DNA from: Pyrinomonadaceae bacterium
Lineage (GTDB): Bacteria; Acidobacteriota; Blastocatellia; Pyrinomonadales; Pyrinomonadaceae
DNA: 64,000 nucleotides
Direction of reading: 5' to 3'
Assembly (NCBI GenBank): GCA_046313635.1
Contig: JBKBYA010000013.1
Coordinates: 9,795-73,794 of the forward strand
How positions within the stretch are numbered: position 1 is the first letter of the stretch; every line of letters starts with the position of its first letter. The notes under the pieces are model-generated. The model was not told where the DNA came from and searched no databases. It was given only the letters and a program-made list of their open reading frames with translations. Position numbers and translations under genes: made by a program. This document shows positions 52,418-60,887 of the stretch, piece by piece.

Positions 52418-53443
52418 ATGCTCGACCTCATCATCATCGGCGCCGGCCCCGCGGGTATCTCGGCGGCTTTCGAAGCAAAGAAGCACGGACTCGAATACGT
52501 CGTTATCGAAAAGGGACTGATCGGCAATACGATCTACAACTATCCGGTCGGATTGACGGTCTTTTCGACGACGAACGAGCTCGAGTTTGCCGAGGGCGGC
52601 CTCAAGCCCGCGCGCGAAAAGCCGACGCGCGAAGAGCTGCTTTCGTATTACGTGCGCTTTGTACTCGACAATGAGTTGAATGTGCGGACCGAGGAGCGGG
52701 TCGTTCGGGTTGCAAGGATGTCAGAAGCGGAATTTCCCGCGGAGACGCAGAGACGCAAAGAACGATTCCGAGTTATTACCGACAAGGGCGAGTACACGGC
52801 GGCAAACGTTCTCTTCGCGATCGGCGCGATGGACCATCCGCGGCGACTGAACGTCCCGGGCGAAGATCTGCCGAAGGTGCACCATCAGTTTCGTGAGACC
52901 TACCCTTGGGTGCGAAAAAAGGCTTTGGTCGTCGGCGGCGGAAATTCAGCGGGCGAGGCCGCGCTGTTTCTCGCCGCGGAAGGCGCCGATGCGACGCTCG
53001 CCATCTTTCGTTCGGACTGGGAAAACACCGACCCCAAGCAGGGCTGCATCAAATACTGGGTCAAAGGCCCGCTCGAGAACGAGGTCAAAAAGCACTGCCT
53101 CAAACTCTTTTTTCTCGGCCGAGTCCTGGAGATACGCGAGCGCGAGGTCGAGCTCGAAAACGAGAGCGGCGAGCGCTGCACCGTCGAGAACGACGTTGTC
53201 TTTGTGCTGATCGGCTCTGACGCCGACCTGACGATGTTGAGAGATTTGGGCGTCGCGACCGAGCAGGGAAAGAACGGCGAAGTTCCGGTCTACGATGCCG
53301 AGACCTTTGAGACGAACGTGCCCGGAATCTATGTCGCGGGCCACTTCACAAATCAGCGGCATATCAAAGGCGCGATCGACGCCGGCAAGGCCATCGTCCC
53401 GCGGCTCGCGGCAAAGCTGAAGGGAATTGCCGCCGGCGAATGA
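52418..53443 (+). CDS. FAD/NAD(P)-dependent oxidoreductase, YpdA (putative bacillithiol-disulfide reductase)-like
   Basis: IIIGAGPAGISAA, second Rossmann VVGGGNSAGEAALFL, C-terminal GIYVAGH. Confidence 0.8.
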   Translation: MLDLIIIGAGPAGISAAFEAKKHGLEYVVIEKGLIGNTIYNYPVGLTVFSTTNELEFAEGGLKPAREKPTREELLSYYVRFVLDNELNVRTEERVVRVARMSEAEFPAETQRRKERFRVITDKGEYTAANVLFAIGAMDHPRRLNVPGEDLPKVHHQFRETYPWVRKKALVVGGGNSAGEAALFLAAEGADATLAIFRSDWENTDPKQGCIKYWVKGPLENEVKKHCLKLFFLGRVLEIREREVELENESGERCTVENDVVFVLIGSDADLTMLRDLGVATEQGKNGEVPVYDAETFETNVPGIYVAGHFTNQRHIKGAIDAGKAIVPRLAAKLKGIAAGE

Positions 53444-53463
53444 CCGGTGCATCTGTTTTATCT

Positions 53464-53491
53464 TTGACATCGAGCGCCGCTCAACTAAAAT
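53464..53491 (+). promoter_or_regulatory. Sigma70-type promoter of the lexA-like gene, implying a leaderless or near-leaderless mRNA
   Basis: TTGACA (53464-53469), 16-nt spacer, TAAAAT (53486-53491). The ATG at 53501 is only 9 nt past the -10 box and there is no SD. Confidence 0.5.
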
Positions 53492-53500
53492 GACTCCCGA

Positions 53501-54121
53501 ATGCACGCCCGAACTCGCCGACAGAAAGAGATACTCGACTTCATCACACGCTACATCAGCAAGCACGGTCACCGTCCGTCTTACCAGGTGATCGGCCGCG
53601 AAACGGGCATCAACGCAAAGTCCGGCGTGCACAAACACATCAAGGCGCTTGAGGAGCAGGGGCTGCTCGAGCGGCGGCGCGTGAATGGAACGTTTGACCT
53701 CGAGATCAAAACGGCGGCTGCCGGATCTGACAGCTTTTTTGAGATCCCGTGGCTCGATGTGCCGCTCAACGGCACGCGGCTCGAGGAATGGGAGCAGTTT
53801 CCGCTGATCGTGCCTTCGTTCATGTTTGCCGGCCGCGAGGCCGAGCGTTACTACGCCTACCGCGTCCGCGACAACGGCCTGTGCGAAAAGAACATTCTCG
53901 AGGACGACGTGATACTCGTCGAACGGCGTTCGCTCGTGCGCGACGGCGAATGCGCCGTTGCGGTCGTCGATCGCGAGACGACCGTCTTTCGCCGATACTA
54001 TCGGCGCGGCTCGCGCGTCGAGCTGCAGGCGTCGAATGACGACTTTGAGCCGATCGTCCGTTCGGCCGAGAAGGTCGACGTCAAGGGCATCTACCGCGCT
54101 CTGCTGCGGCCGGCGGGATAG
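53501..54121 (+). CDS. lexA: LexA-like repressor with degenerate S24 peptidase domain
   Basis: N-terminal winged HTH colinear with E. coli LexA (RRQKEILDFITRYISKHGHRPSYQVIG..HIKALEEQGLLE). The C-terminal domain aligns, but the Ser119 position is Gly (RVRDNGL) and the Lys156 position is Phe (TTVFRR). Confidence 0.85.
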   Translation: MHARTRRQKEILDFITRYISKHGHRPSYQVIGRETGINAKSGVHKHIKALEEQGLLERRRVNGTFDLEIKTAAAGSDSFFEIPWLDVPLNGTRLEEWEQFPLIVPSFMFAGREAERYYAYRVRDNGLCEKNILEDDVILVERRSLVRDGECAVAVVDRETTVFRRYYRRGSRVELQASNDDFEPIVRSAEKVDVKGIYRALLRPAG

Positions 54122-54218
54122 TCTCTCGCCGTTCGTTTTGTCGACGGCCGCCGCTCTTGCCGCAGCCGCACGGGCCTTTCATCATCGTTATCCGTCTCGC
54201 TTAGCGGAGGTTCAATTC

Positions 54219-54611
54219 ATGAGGATCGCGCTGCTGATCGTTCGCACGCTCACCGGGCTGCTGTTTATGTTCGCGTCATCGGTCTACTTTCTCGGCCTCA
54301 TTACGCCGCCGCCGATGGAGGGGCCGATCAAGACGTTCAATGAGGGGCTCGCGGCCGCCGGATACTTTCTGCCGCTGCTAAAGACGACCGAGCTCGTGGG
54401 CTCGATATTGCTCGTGTCGGGCCGGTTTGTCCCGCTGGCGCTCGTGGTGCTCGCGCCGGTCGTCGTCAACATTTTTATGGTGCACTTGGTTCTCGACCGG
54501 AGCGGGCTGCCCGTGGCGGTGTTTCTTGTCATCTCGTTTGCCTTCCTTGCGTACGGCTATCGCTCCGCCTTTCGCCCGCTGCTGACATCCCGATACGATG
54601 CGATGAATTAG
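54219..54611 (+). CDS. DoxX-like four-TM membrane protein
   Basis: GGAGG SD 9 nt upstream. 130 aa with four hydrophobic helices. The track ORF N-terminus (53958-) overlaps lexA and was trimmed. Confidence 0.55.
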   Translation: MRIALLIVRTLTGLLFMFASSVYFLGLITPPPMEGPIKTFNEGLAAAGYFLPLLKTTELVGSILLVSGRFVPLALVVLAPVVVNIFMVHLVLDRSGLPVAVFLVISFAFLAYGYRSAFRPLLTSRYDAMN

Positions 54612-54672
54612 GTCCGATCGCCGGCCATGCGAGTCGGTTGCGGGTCCAATCTATTTTCGCGATACTTTTTAT

Positions 54673-56112
54673 GTGACAAATTCACCGACCCCGAACGCGA
54701 GTTACAGTCTCACGCTGCGCGTCCGAATTCACAATAAGCCCGGCAAACTCGGCGAGATCACGACCGCCATCGGCAGGGCCGGCGGCGATATCGAGGGTAT
54801 CGATATCGTCAGCGTCGGCAAGGACTTTTTGATCCGCGACATCACCGTGAATGCGGCCAGCGAATCGCACGACCAACAGATCGTCGCGTCGCTCGACGAC
54901 ATCGACGGCGTCGAGGTCGTCAATGTCAGCGACCGCACATTCCTGATGCATCTCGGCGGCAAGATCGAGACCGTGTCGAAGATGCCGCTCAAGACGCGCT
55001 CGGACCTCTCGATGGCGTACACGCCCGGCGTCGCGCGTGTCTGCGAGGCGATCCGTAAAGATCCCGAAAAGGTCTTTAATCTCACCATCAAAAAGAACAC
55101 TGTCGCCGTCGTCTCGGACGGCACCGCCGTGCTCGGCCTCGGCGATATCGGCCCGGCGGCGGCGATGCCCGTGATGGAAGGCAAATGCCAGCTCTTTAAA
55201 GAATTCGGCGGCGTCGACGCCTTCCCGATCTGTCTCAGCACAAAAGATCCGCACGAGATCGTCCAGACCATCAAGCGGATCTCGGTCGCATTCGGCGGCA
55301 TCAATCTCGAGGACATCTCGGCGCCGCGGTGCTTCGAGATCGAGGAGCGTCTAAAGGAGGAGCTCGACATCCCGGTCTTTCACGACGATCAGCACGGCAC
55401 CGCCGTGGTCGTGCTCGCGGCGCTCATCAACGCACTCAAGATCGTCGGCAAAAAGATCGACGAGATCAAGGTCGTCGTCAACGGCGTCGGCGCCGCCGGC
55501 GTCGCCTGCTCAAAGATCGTGATGGCGGCCGGCGTCAAGAATATCGTCGGCTGCGACCAGACCGGCGCGCTCTACGAGGGCCGCACCGAGCATATGAACT
55601 GGGTCAAGGACTGGTACGCGCGAAACACCAACCCCGACCGCGAGACCGGCAGCATTCACGACGTGATCAAGGGGGCCGACGTGTTCTTTGGGCTCTCTGT
55701 GCCCGGCGTGATCGGCCAGGACGACCTCAAGGCGATGGCCAAGGACCCGATCGTGTTCGCGATGGCAAATCCGATCCCTGAGATAATGCCCGAGGACGCC
55801 GCCGGGCACGTCGCGGTGATGGCGACCGGGAGGTCGGACTACCCGAACCAGATCAACAACGTCCTTTGCTTTCCGGGCATTTTCCGCGGCGCGCTCAACT
55901 GCCGGGCCTCGCGCATCAACGAGGCGATGAAGCTCGCGGCCGCCCACGCTATCGCCGGCATCATCACCGACTCCGAGCTGCATCCCGATTACATTATCCC
56001 GTCCGTCTTTGATAAGCGTGTCGGCGAGGCCGTTGCCGACGGCGTCGAGGAGGCCGCGTACGCGTCGGGCGTCGCGCGGCGCGAGCGGACGACGACCGAA
56101 TCGGTGATCTGA
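54673..56112 (+). CDS. NAD(P)-dependent malic enzyme with N-terminal ACT domain
   Basis: ACT domain, then YTPGVA, VSDGTAVLGLGDIG, FGGINLEDI, FHDDQHGTA, NGVGAAG. Confidence 0.93.
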   Translation: MTNSPTPNASYSLTLRVRIHNKPGKLGEITTAIGRAGGDIEGIDIVSVGKDFLIRDITVNAASESHDQQIVASLDDIDGVEVVNVSDRTFLMHLGGKIETVSKMPLKTRSDLSMAYTPGVARVCEAIRKDPEKVFNLTIKKNTVAVVSDGTAVLGLGDIGPAAAMPVMEGKCQLFKEFGGVDAFPICLSTKDPHEIVQTIKRISVAFGGINLEDISAPRCFEIEERLKEELDIPVFHDDQHGTAVVVLAALINALKIVGKKIDEIKVVVNGVGAAGVACSKIVMAAGVKNIVGCDQTGALYEGRTEHMNWVKDWYARNTNPDRETGSIHDVIKGADVFFGLSVPGVIGQDDLKAMAKDPIVFAMANPIPEIMPEDAAGHVAVMATGRSDYPNQINNVLCFPGIFRGALNCRASRINEAMKLAAAHAIAGIITDSELHPDYIIPSVFDKRVGEAVADGVEEAAYASGVARRERTTTESVI

Positions 56113-56118
56113 ACACGC

Positions 56119-56146
56119 GGCGGCCGAACGAGGCCGCCTTTTTTTT
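56119..56146 (+). terminator. Intrinsic terminator after the malic enzyme gene
   Basis: ggcggcc-gaacga-ggccgcc followed by T8. Confidence 0.8.
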
Positions 56147-56160
56147 ACGCGTTTATCCCG

Positions 56161-56868
56161 TTGCGGCCGCTCGCGGGTCGAGTGTATCCTTCTCAGGAAC
56201 CAAGGCAGGGAACTTTGCTCAGACGACGTTTACAGCATCTATCGGTCGAGGAATTTGCCAATACGATCACGCACGGGTTTGGCCTCGTGTTGAGCGTGAT
56301 CGGATCTGTCATCCTCACCGCGATGGCCGTCTCTCGCGGCGGGACGGCTCTGATCGTGAGCTCGATCGTTTACGGCGTTTCGCTGCTCGTGCTCTACGCG
56401 GCGTCGACGGCGTATCACAGCGTGACGACACATGACCTCAAGCGCCGCCTGCAGATCGTCGATCACTGCTGCATCTACCTCCTGATCGCCGGGACGTACA
56501 CACCGTTTGGCGTGCTGGTGATCGGCGGTGAGCTCGGCCGCAACCTAATGATCGCCATCTGGGGATTAGCCGTCGTCGGGGTCGCGTCAAAGCTGATCTT
56601 CAAACATCGCTTCACCGCGGTCTCGGTCGTCTCGTACGTCCTGATGGGCTGGCTTGGCGCGTTTGGACTGCAGTCGCTGATCGACGCCCTCGGGATGACG
56701 GCCGCGGCGCTGGCGGTCGTCGGCGGCCTCGCGTACACCTTTGGCGTGATCTTTTTTGCCTGGCAGCGGCTGCCTCACAATCACGCGATCTTTCACGTCT
56801 TTGTGCTCGCCGGCAGCGTACTGCACTATCTCGCGGTGGTGATCTACGTCATTCCTTTGGCTCGCTGA
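56161..56868 (+). CDS. Hemolysin III / PAQR family membrane protein
   Basis: EEFANTITHG, DHCCIYLLIAGTYTPF, HAIFHVFVLAGSVLHY. TTG start is uncertain. Confidence 0.85.
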   Translation: MRPLAGRVYPSQEPRQGTLLRRRLQHLSVEEFANTITHGFGLVLSVIGSVILTAMAVSRGGTALIVSSIVYGVSLLVLYAASTAYHSVTTHDLKRRLQIVDHCCIYLLIAGTYTPFGVLVIGGELGRNLMIAIWGLAVVGVASKLIFKHRFTAVSVVSYVLMGWLGAFGLQSLIDALGMTAAALAVVGGLAYTFGVIFFAWQRLPHNHAIFHVFVLAGSVLHYLAVVIYVIPLAR

Positions 56869-56972
56869 TCGCGAGTCAGATCCCGAATTCATATTTTGCA
56901 ATGGCGGCTTGCCGCCCGACGCGTCGCTTTCGCTGTTTTGTCGACGCCGCTTTCGTCCGCGATACTTTGGTG

Positions 56973-57704
56973 ATGACGTACGAGGTAAAGGTCGGCACAT
57001 GCGGGTTTGGCCGCGCAAAAAAGGACGAGTACGCGCGGCGTCTGCCGACGGTCGAGATCCAGCACACGTTCTATAAGCCGCCGCAGATCAAGACGCTCGA
57101 GCGCTGGCGGGCCGAGATGCCGGCGGAGTTTGAGTTCACGCTCAAGGCGTGGCAGTTCATCACGCACGAGGCCGGCAGCCCGACCTACCGGCGTCTTAAG
57201 CGGCCGCTCACCGAAAAAGAAGAGAAGGAGGCCGGTGCCTTCAAACCGACCGACACCGTGATGGAAGCGTGGCAGGTCACGCTCGATTCGGCGCGGGCCC
57301 TGAAGGCGCGAACGATACTTTTTCAGTGCCCGGCAAAGTTCAAACAGACGCCGGAGAACATCAAGAACCTTCGCAAGTTCTTCAAGACGATCGCCCGCGA
57401 GGATATGAATTTCGTCTGGGAGCCGCGCGGCACGACGTGGGACGACAAGACCGTCAAAACGATCTGCGACGACCTCGGCCTATGGCACTGCGTCGATCCT
57501 TTCAAGGCTCGCACCGTCACGTCCGACCGGTGCTACTACCGCCTCCACGGCATCGGCGGCTGGCGATACAAGTACGAAGAAGGCGAACTCGACGAGCTCG
57601 TTTCGCTGCTGCCCGAAGACAAATTGGCCTACGTCGTCTTTAACAACAACGAGATGTTTGAGGACGCGATGCGGTTCAAGAGGATCGTCGAGTCGGCGGC
57701 CTAG
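56973..57704 (+). CDS. DUF72 family protein
   Basis: VGTCGFGR..LPTVEIQHTFYKPP..W....P.EFEFTLKAWQFITH. Start trimmed to MTYEVKVG. Confidence 0.85.
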   Translation: MTYEVKVGTCGFGRAKKDEYARRLPTVEIQHTFYKPPQIKTLERWRAEMPAEFEFTLKAWQFITHEAGSPTYRRLKRPLTEKEEKEAGAFKPTDTVMEAWQVTLDSARALKARTILFQCPAKFKQTPENIKNLRKFFKTIAREDMNFVWEPRGTTWDDKTVKTICDDLGLWHCVDPFKARTVTSDRCYYRLHGIGGWRYKYEEGELDELVSLLPEDKLAYVVFNNNEMFEDAMRFKRIVESAA

Positions 57705-57713
57705 CAAGATCGA

Positions 57714-58397
57714 TCAGGCGACAAACTTATAGCCAAAACCGTGCACCGTCTGAATGTACCGCGGGCGTCGCGGATTGACCTCCAGCTTTTGCCTGAGCCA
57801 TGCGATGTGGACGTCGACGGTGCGCGTCGTAGGCGTCGCGTCGTATCCCCAGACGGCGTCGAGCAGCTGGTCGCGCGAGTGGACGACGTTTGGATTTTCG
57901 ACGAGGTACTGCAGGAGCTTGAATTCGAGCGCCGACATCTCGACCGCTGAGCCGTTTCGCACGACCTCGGCCCTTCGAAGGTCGATCGCGACGTCGCCAA
58001 ATCTAAAGACATTGGTCGAGCGGCCTTTCCCCGCAGAAGGAGCGCGCCGCAGCAGCGCCTCGACGCGGGCCAGCAGCTCCATCACTTCGAAAGGCTTCGT
58101 AAGATAATCGTCCGCGCCGAGCTTTAGGCCTAAGACCTTATCGATGGTCTCGCCCTTTGCCGTGAGCATCAGGATCGGCGTCGCGACGCCCGCCGCGCGC
58201 AGATCGCGGCAGACGTCGTACCCGTTCTTTTTCGGCAGCATCACGTCGAGGATGATCAGGTCGTGCCCGCCGCCGAGCGCGAGCTCGTAACCCGTCAGCC
58301 CGTCCTCGGCGCTCAAAACCTCAAACCCCTCACTCCGCAGCCGATCGGTCAGCGTCAGTATCAGGCCCTGTTCATCTTCGACGAGAAGGATCTTCAT
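57714..58397 (-). CDS. OmpR/PhoB-family response regulator
   Basis: MKILLVEDE..DLIILDVMLP..LTAK.. receiver domain plus winged-helix output (..VHIAWLRQKLE..IQTVHGFGYKF). Confidence 0.93.
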   Translation of the reverse strand: MKILLVEDEQGLILTLTDRLRSEGFEVLSAEDGLTGYELALGGGHDLIILDVMLPKKNGYDVCRDLRAAGVATPILMLTAKGETIDKVLGLKLGADDYLTKPFEVMELLARVEALLRRAPSAGKGRSTNVFRFGDVAIDLRRAEVVRNGSAVEMSALEFKLLQYLVENPNVVHSRDQLLDAVWGYDATPTTRTVDVHIAWLRQKLEVNPRRPRYIQTVHGFGYKFVA

Positions 58398-58875
58398 TCG
58401 TTAGTGGTGAAGCGTGAAGCGTGAAGTGTGAACGGTGAATGGTGAGTGGTGAACGGTGAACGGTAAACGGTAAATGGTGAACGGTGAACGGTAAACGGTA
58501 AACGGTAAACGGTAAACGGTAAGCGGTAAACGGTAAATGGTGAACGGTGAACGGTAAATGGTGAACGGTGAACGGTAAACGGTAAGTGGTAAATGAAGGA
58601 TGCCATTCACAATTCACGATTTACGAGTCACGATTCACTATCCGCTCAAGTCTGTCCATTCACCATTTACCATTTACCGCTTACCGTTTATGAACGGTGA
58701 ACGGTGAACGGTAAACGGTAAGTGGTAAATGAAGGATGCCATTCACAATTCACGATTTACGATTTACGAGTCACGATCCGCTCAAAGCTGTCCATTTACC
58801 ATTTACCATTTACCACTTACCGTTTACCACTCACCACTTACCGTTTACCACTCACCACTCACCCTTCACCGTTAA
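58398..58875. repeat. Duplicated composite heptamer-array element (arms GGTGAAC/GGTAAAC, conserved ~65-nt core) between the kinase and regulator genes
   Basis: Unit 1: ~190-nt GGT[A/G]AAC array, core aaggatgccattcacaattcacgatttacgagtcacgat..ccgctcaa..ctgtcc, then a 33-nt GTTTACC-type array. Unit 2 (58690-58875): 40-nt array, the same core, then an 80-nt complementary array. 58470-58530 holds six near-perfect cggtaaa heptamers. Confidence 0.9.
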
Positions 58876-60700
58876 CCACGGGTAGCTCTATCGTAAACCT
58901 GCTTCCGCGCCCCGATCCGCTTTCGGCGGTGACGCGGCCGCCGTGGGCTTCGGCGATCTGTTTTACGAGCGAGAGGCCGAGGCCGCTGCCGTGGATCTGC
59001 GCGTCGACGACCGTTCTTGACCTGTAAAAAGGCTCGAATACATGTTTCAGATCAGCGCTCGATATGCCGATCCCGCGGTCTTCGACGACGATCTTCACCG
59101 TGCCGCCGCCGTTCGCCGCCGAGACCCTGATCCATCTTTGCCCGTTGGCGTACTTGACCGAGTTCGCGATGAGGTTTTGGATCGCCCTATTCAATGCCGC
59201 CTCGTCGGCCGAGACCGACGGCAGCGCCGGCGGGATGTCGGTCTCGACCGCAAAGCCCTCAGACTCGAGCAGCGGACGGCTGTCGTCGACGGCCCGTGCG
59301 ACAAGCGACGCGATGTCGACCGGGCGAAAGTTGTACTTCTGCCGGCCCGAATTTGCCCCGGCAAATTCGAGTATCTGCTCGACCATCGCCGAAAGTTTTT
59401 TACCCTCGCCCTTGATCAGCCGGCCGTAACGCGCGACCTGTGATCCGTCTTTTGCGACGCCGTCGGCGAGATTTTCGCCGGCGGAGTAGATCACCGCGAG
59501 CGGCGTGCGGAACTCGTGCGAGACGCTCGAGACAAAATCGACCTGCCGCTGGGCGAAAAGCCTCGCCCGCGCAGACGAGACGATGATCCCCGCGACCGCC
59601 GCGCCGAGCAGAGCGAGAATGCCAAATCCGACACCAAGATTTCGCCATTCGGTCTTCGCCACCGACGCGGCGACCGAACCGTCGCGGTGCCGCGCAGTGA
59701 GCGTCCACGGCGGCGGCTCGCCCGTTCTCGTTCGGGTCGCGATCATCGACGCTCTCGCCGGACCGTTCTGCTTCATCTCGACGGTCACCTGGCCGGTCTT
59801 TGCAACGCGCTTTTCGATCTGGCTGAACGAGTGCGTTTCGAGCCGCGAATCAAAAACTACGGTGCCCGGCCTTTTATCGCCGCCGCCGATCGACGAGAGC
59901 ACGTCGCGATTAGAAAAGAGAATGAAGTTCTCCGCCGACAGATCGAAGAGCCTCGCCCGCGCATCGCCGTCGCCGGCTGCTGCGTCGACCGGCACAGATC
60001 GATATTCGCTGCGGCCCGCGCCGTCGTCGACCGATATCGCAAACTCGCCGTCGCCAAAATGCCGGTCGGTGAGATCCGGCAGCAGGCGTCCGGTGATGGT
60101 CGACTTGTCGAGGCGGATCGCGAGATAGCCGACGGTCTTTGGTCTGGGGAGGGGCGGCGACGCTTCGTCGCCGCGCGTGCGGCGGATAAAGATGCGCTCG
60201 ATCTTTGGCGGAGCCTCGCTGATCGGCAGCACGAGCGTCGAGATGTCGGCGAGGACCGGCGTGAACGTATCGCCCGCGCCGATGCGCGAGCGCAGCGTGC
60301 GAAGCTCGTCGTTCCACGCTGCCTGCTCAAACCGGGCGCCGTCGGCGCCGCTGTGAACGAGAGGTTCGGCATCTTCGCTTTCGGCGTCGAAATATACAAA
60401 GCCCGCGACGAGCGTCGGGTACTGCGTCTTCGACCGCCAGTAGGCCAGTCGCTCGTTGAACTCGCTCCAGTCGCGGTCTCGCCACGACAGCGCGTCGGTC
60501 TGAAAGTTGAAATACGCGCCCTGCATCTCGCGATTGAAATCGCTCGCAAATCGCGTCGTCGCTTCGTGCACGCGCCGCTGCATCTTTTCGGCCTCGCTCG
60601 CGCTGATCTGCCGCTGCCAGCGGAACTGCAGCGCGCCGAGCAGCAACAGCAGTCCGACGAGCGCGGCAAAGAGCAGGATTGTCGAGAGCGATCGCTTCAT
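58859..60700 (-). CDS. Sensor histidine kinase (HisKA + HATPase_c)
   Basis: H-box FVSSVSHEFRTPL, N-box NLIANSVKY, G-boxes DRGIGI and GSGLGLS. Start trimmed to MKRSLSTILL. The last 6 codons (VVNGEG) and the stop derive from the repeat. Confidence 0.9.
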   Translation of the reverse strand: MKRSLSTILLFAALVGLLLLLGALQFRWQRQISASEAEKMQRRVHEATTRFASDFNREMQGAYFNFQTDALSWRDRDWSEFNERLAYWRSKTQYPTLVAGFVYFDAESEDAEPLVHSGADGARFEQAAWNDELRTLRSRIGAGDTFTPVLADISTLVLPISEAPPKIERIFIRRTRGDEASPPLPRPKTVGYLAIRLDKSTITGRLLPDLTDRHFGDGEFAISVDDGAGRSEYRSVPVDAAAGDGDARARLFDLSAENFILFSNRDVLSSIGGGDKRPGTVVFDSRLETHSFSQIEKRVAKTGQVTVEMKQNGPARASMIATRTRTGEPPPWTLTARHRDGSVAASVAKTEWRNLGVGFGILALLGAAVAGIIVSSARARLFAQRQVDFVSSVSHEFRTPLAVIYSAGENLADGVAKDGSQVARYGRLIKGEGKKLSAMVEQILEFAGANSGRQKYNFRPVDIASLVARAVDDSRPLLESEGFAVETDIPPALPSVSADEAALNRAIQNLIANSVKYANGQRWIRVSAANGGGTVKIVVEDRGIGISSADLKHVFEPFYRSRTVVDAQIHGSGLGLSLVKQIAEAHGGRVTAESGSGRGSRFTIELPVVNGEG

Positions 60701-60887
60701 TTCAAAAGCGCGAAGCACGCGCGGCCTCTCGTGGCCCATTGTCCACTCTGCACTTTTCGGTGTCCACTGCTTTTCGGCACTTTTTACATCCTTAACAATT
60801 TCTTTGCCTGGTCTTAACCACACGTTGGTCAGGCGGTGAAATAATCGGTACCGTCAGAAAACCATTCGACGGCTTGGGAGGCAATTT

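Noticed and set aside
52700-52760. Possible in-frame repeat insertion in the YpdA-like oxidoreductase (SEAEFPAETQRRKERF segment).
   Set aside because: The nucleotide sequence shows no clear heptamer periodicity or arm complementarity. It is probably just a variable surface loop.
53492-53530. Search for a LexA operator (GAAC/GTTC-type direct or inverted repeats) around the lexA-like start, e.g. gaatgcacgcccgaac.
   Set aside because: The spacing (N8) and the half-sites do not match any operator consensus I can recall with confidence. It is not reported as a site.
58372-59027. Four ORFs in the track encoding LPFTVHH/LPFTVYR-type repetitive peptides.
   Set aside because: All reading frames stay open only because of the heptamer repeat. 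The ORFs overlap each other, and there is no start context. They are treated as non-coding repeat DNA.
59516-60817. 433-aa + strand ORF. Similar long antisense ORFs occur at 21133..22137, 26391..27380, 37277..38518, 62516..63613, 24599..25396, 28853..29758, 30674..31558, 12750..13355 and 11700..12383.
   Set aside because: These are Arg/Asp/Pro-rich, low-complexity translations lying exactly opposite well-supported genes (HK, FG-GAP protein, YeiH, CDP-alcohol transferase, hflX, gpmA, uvrA, dnaX, TPM). They are the typical open antisense frames of high-GC DNA.
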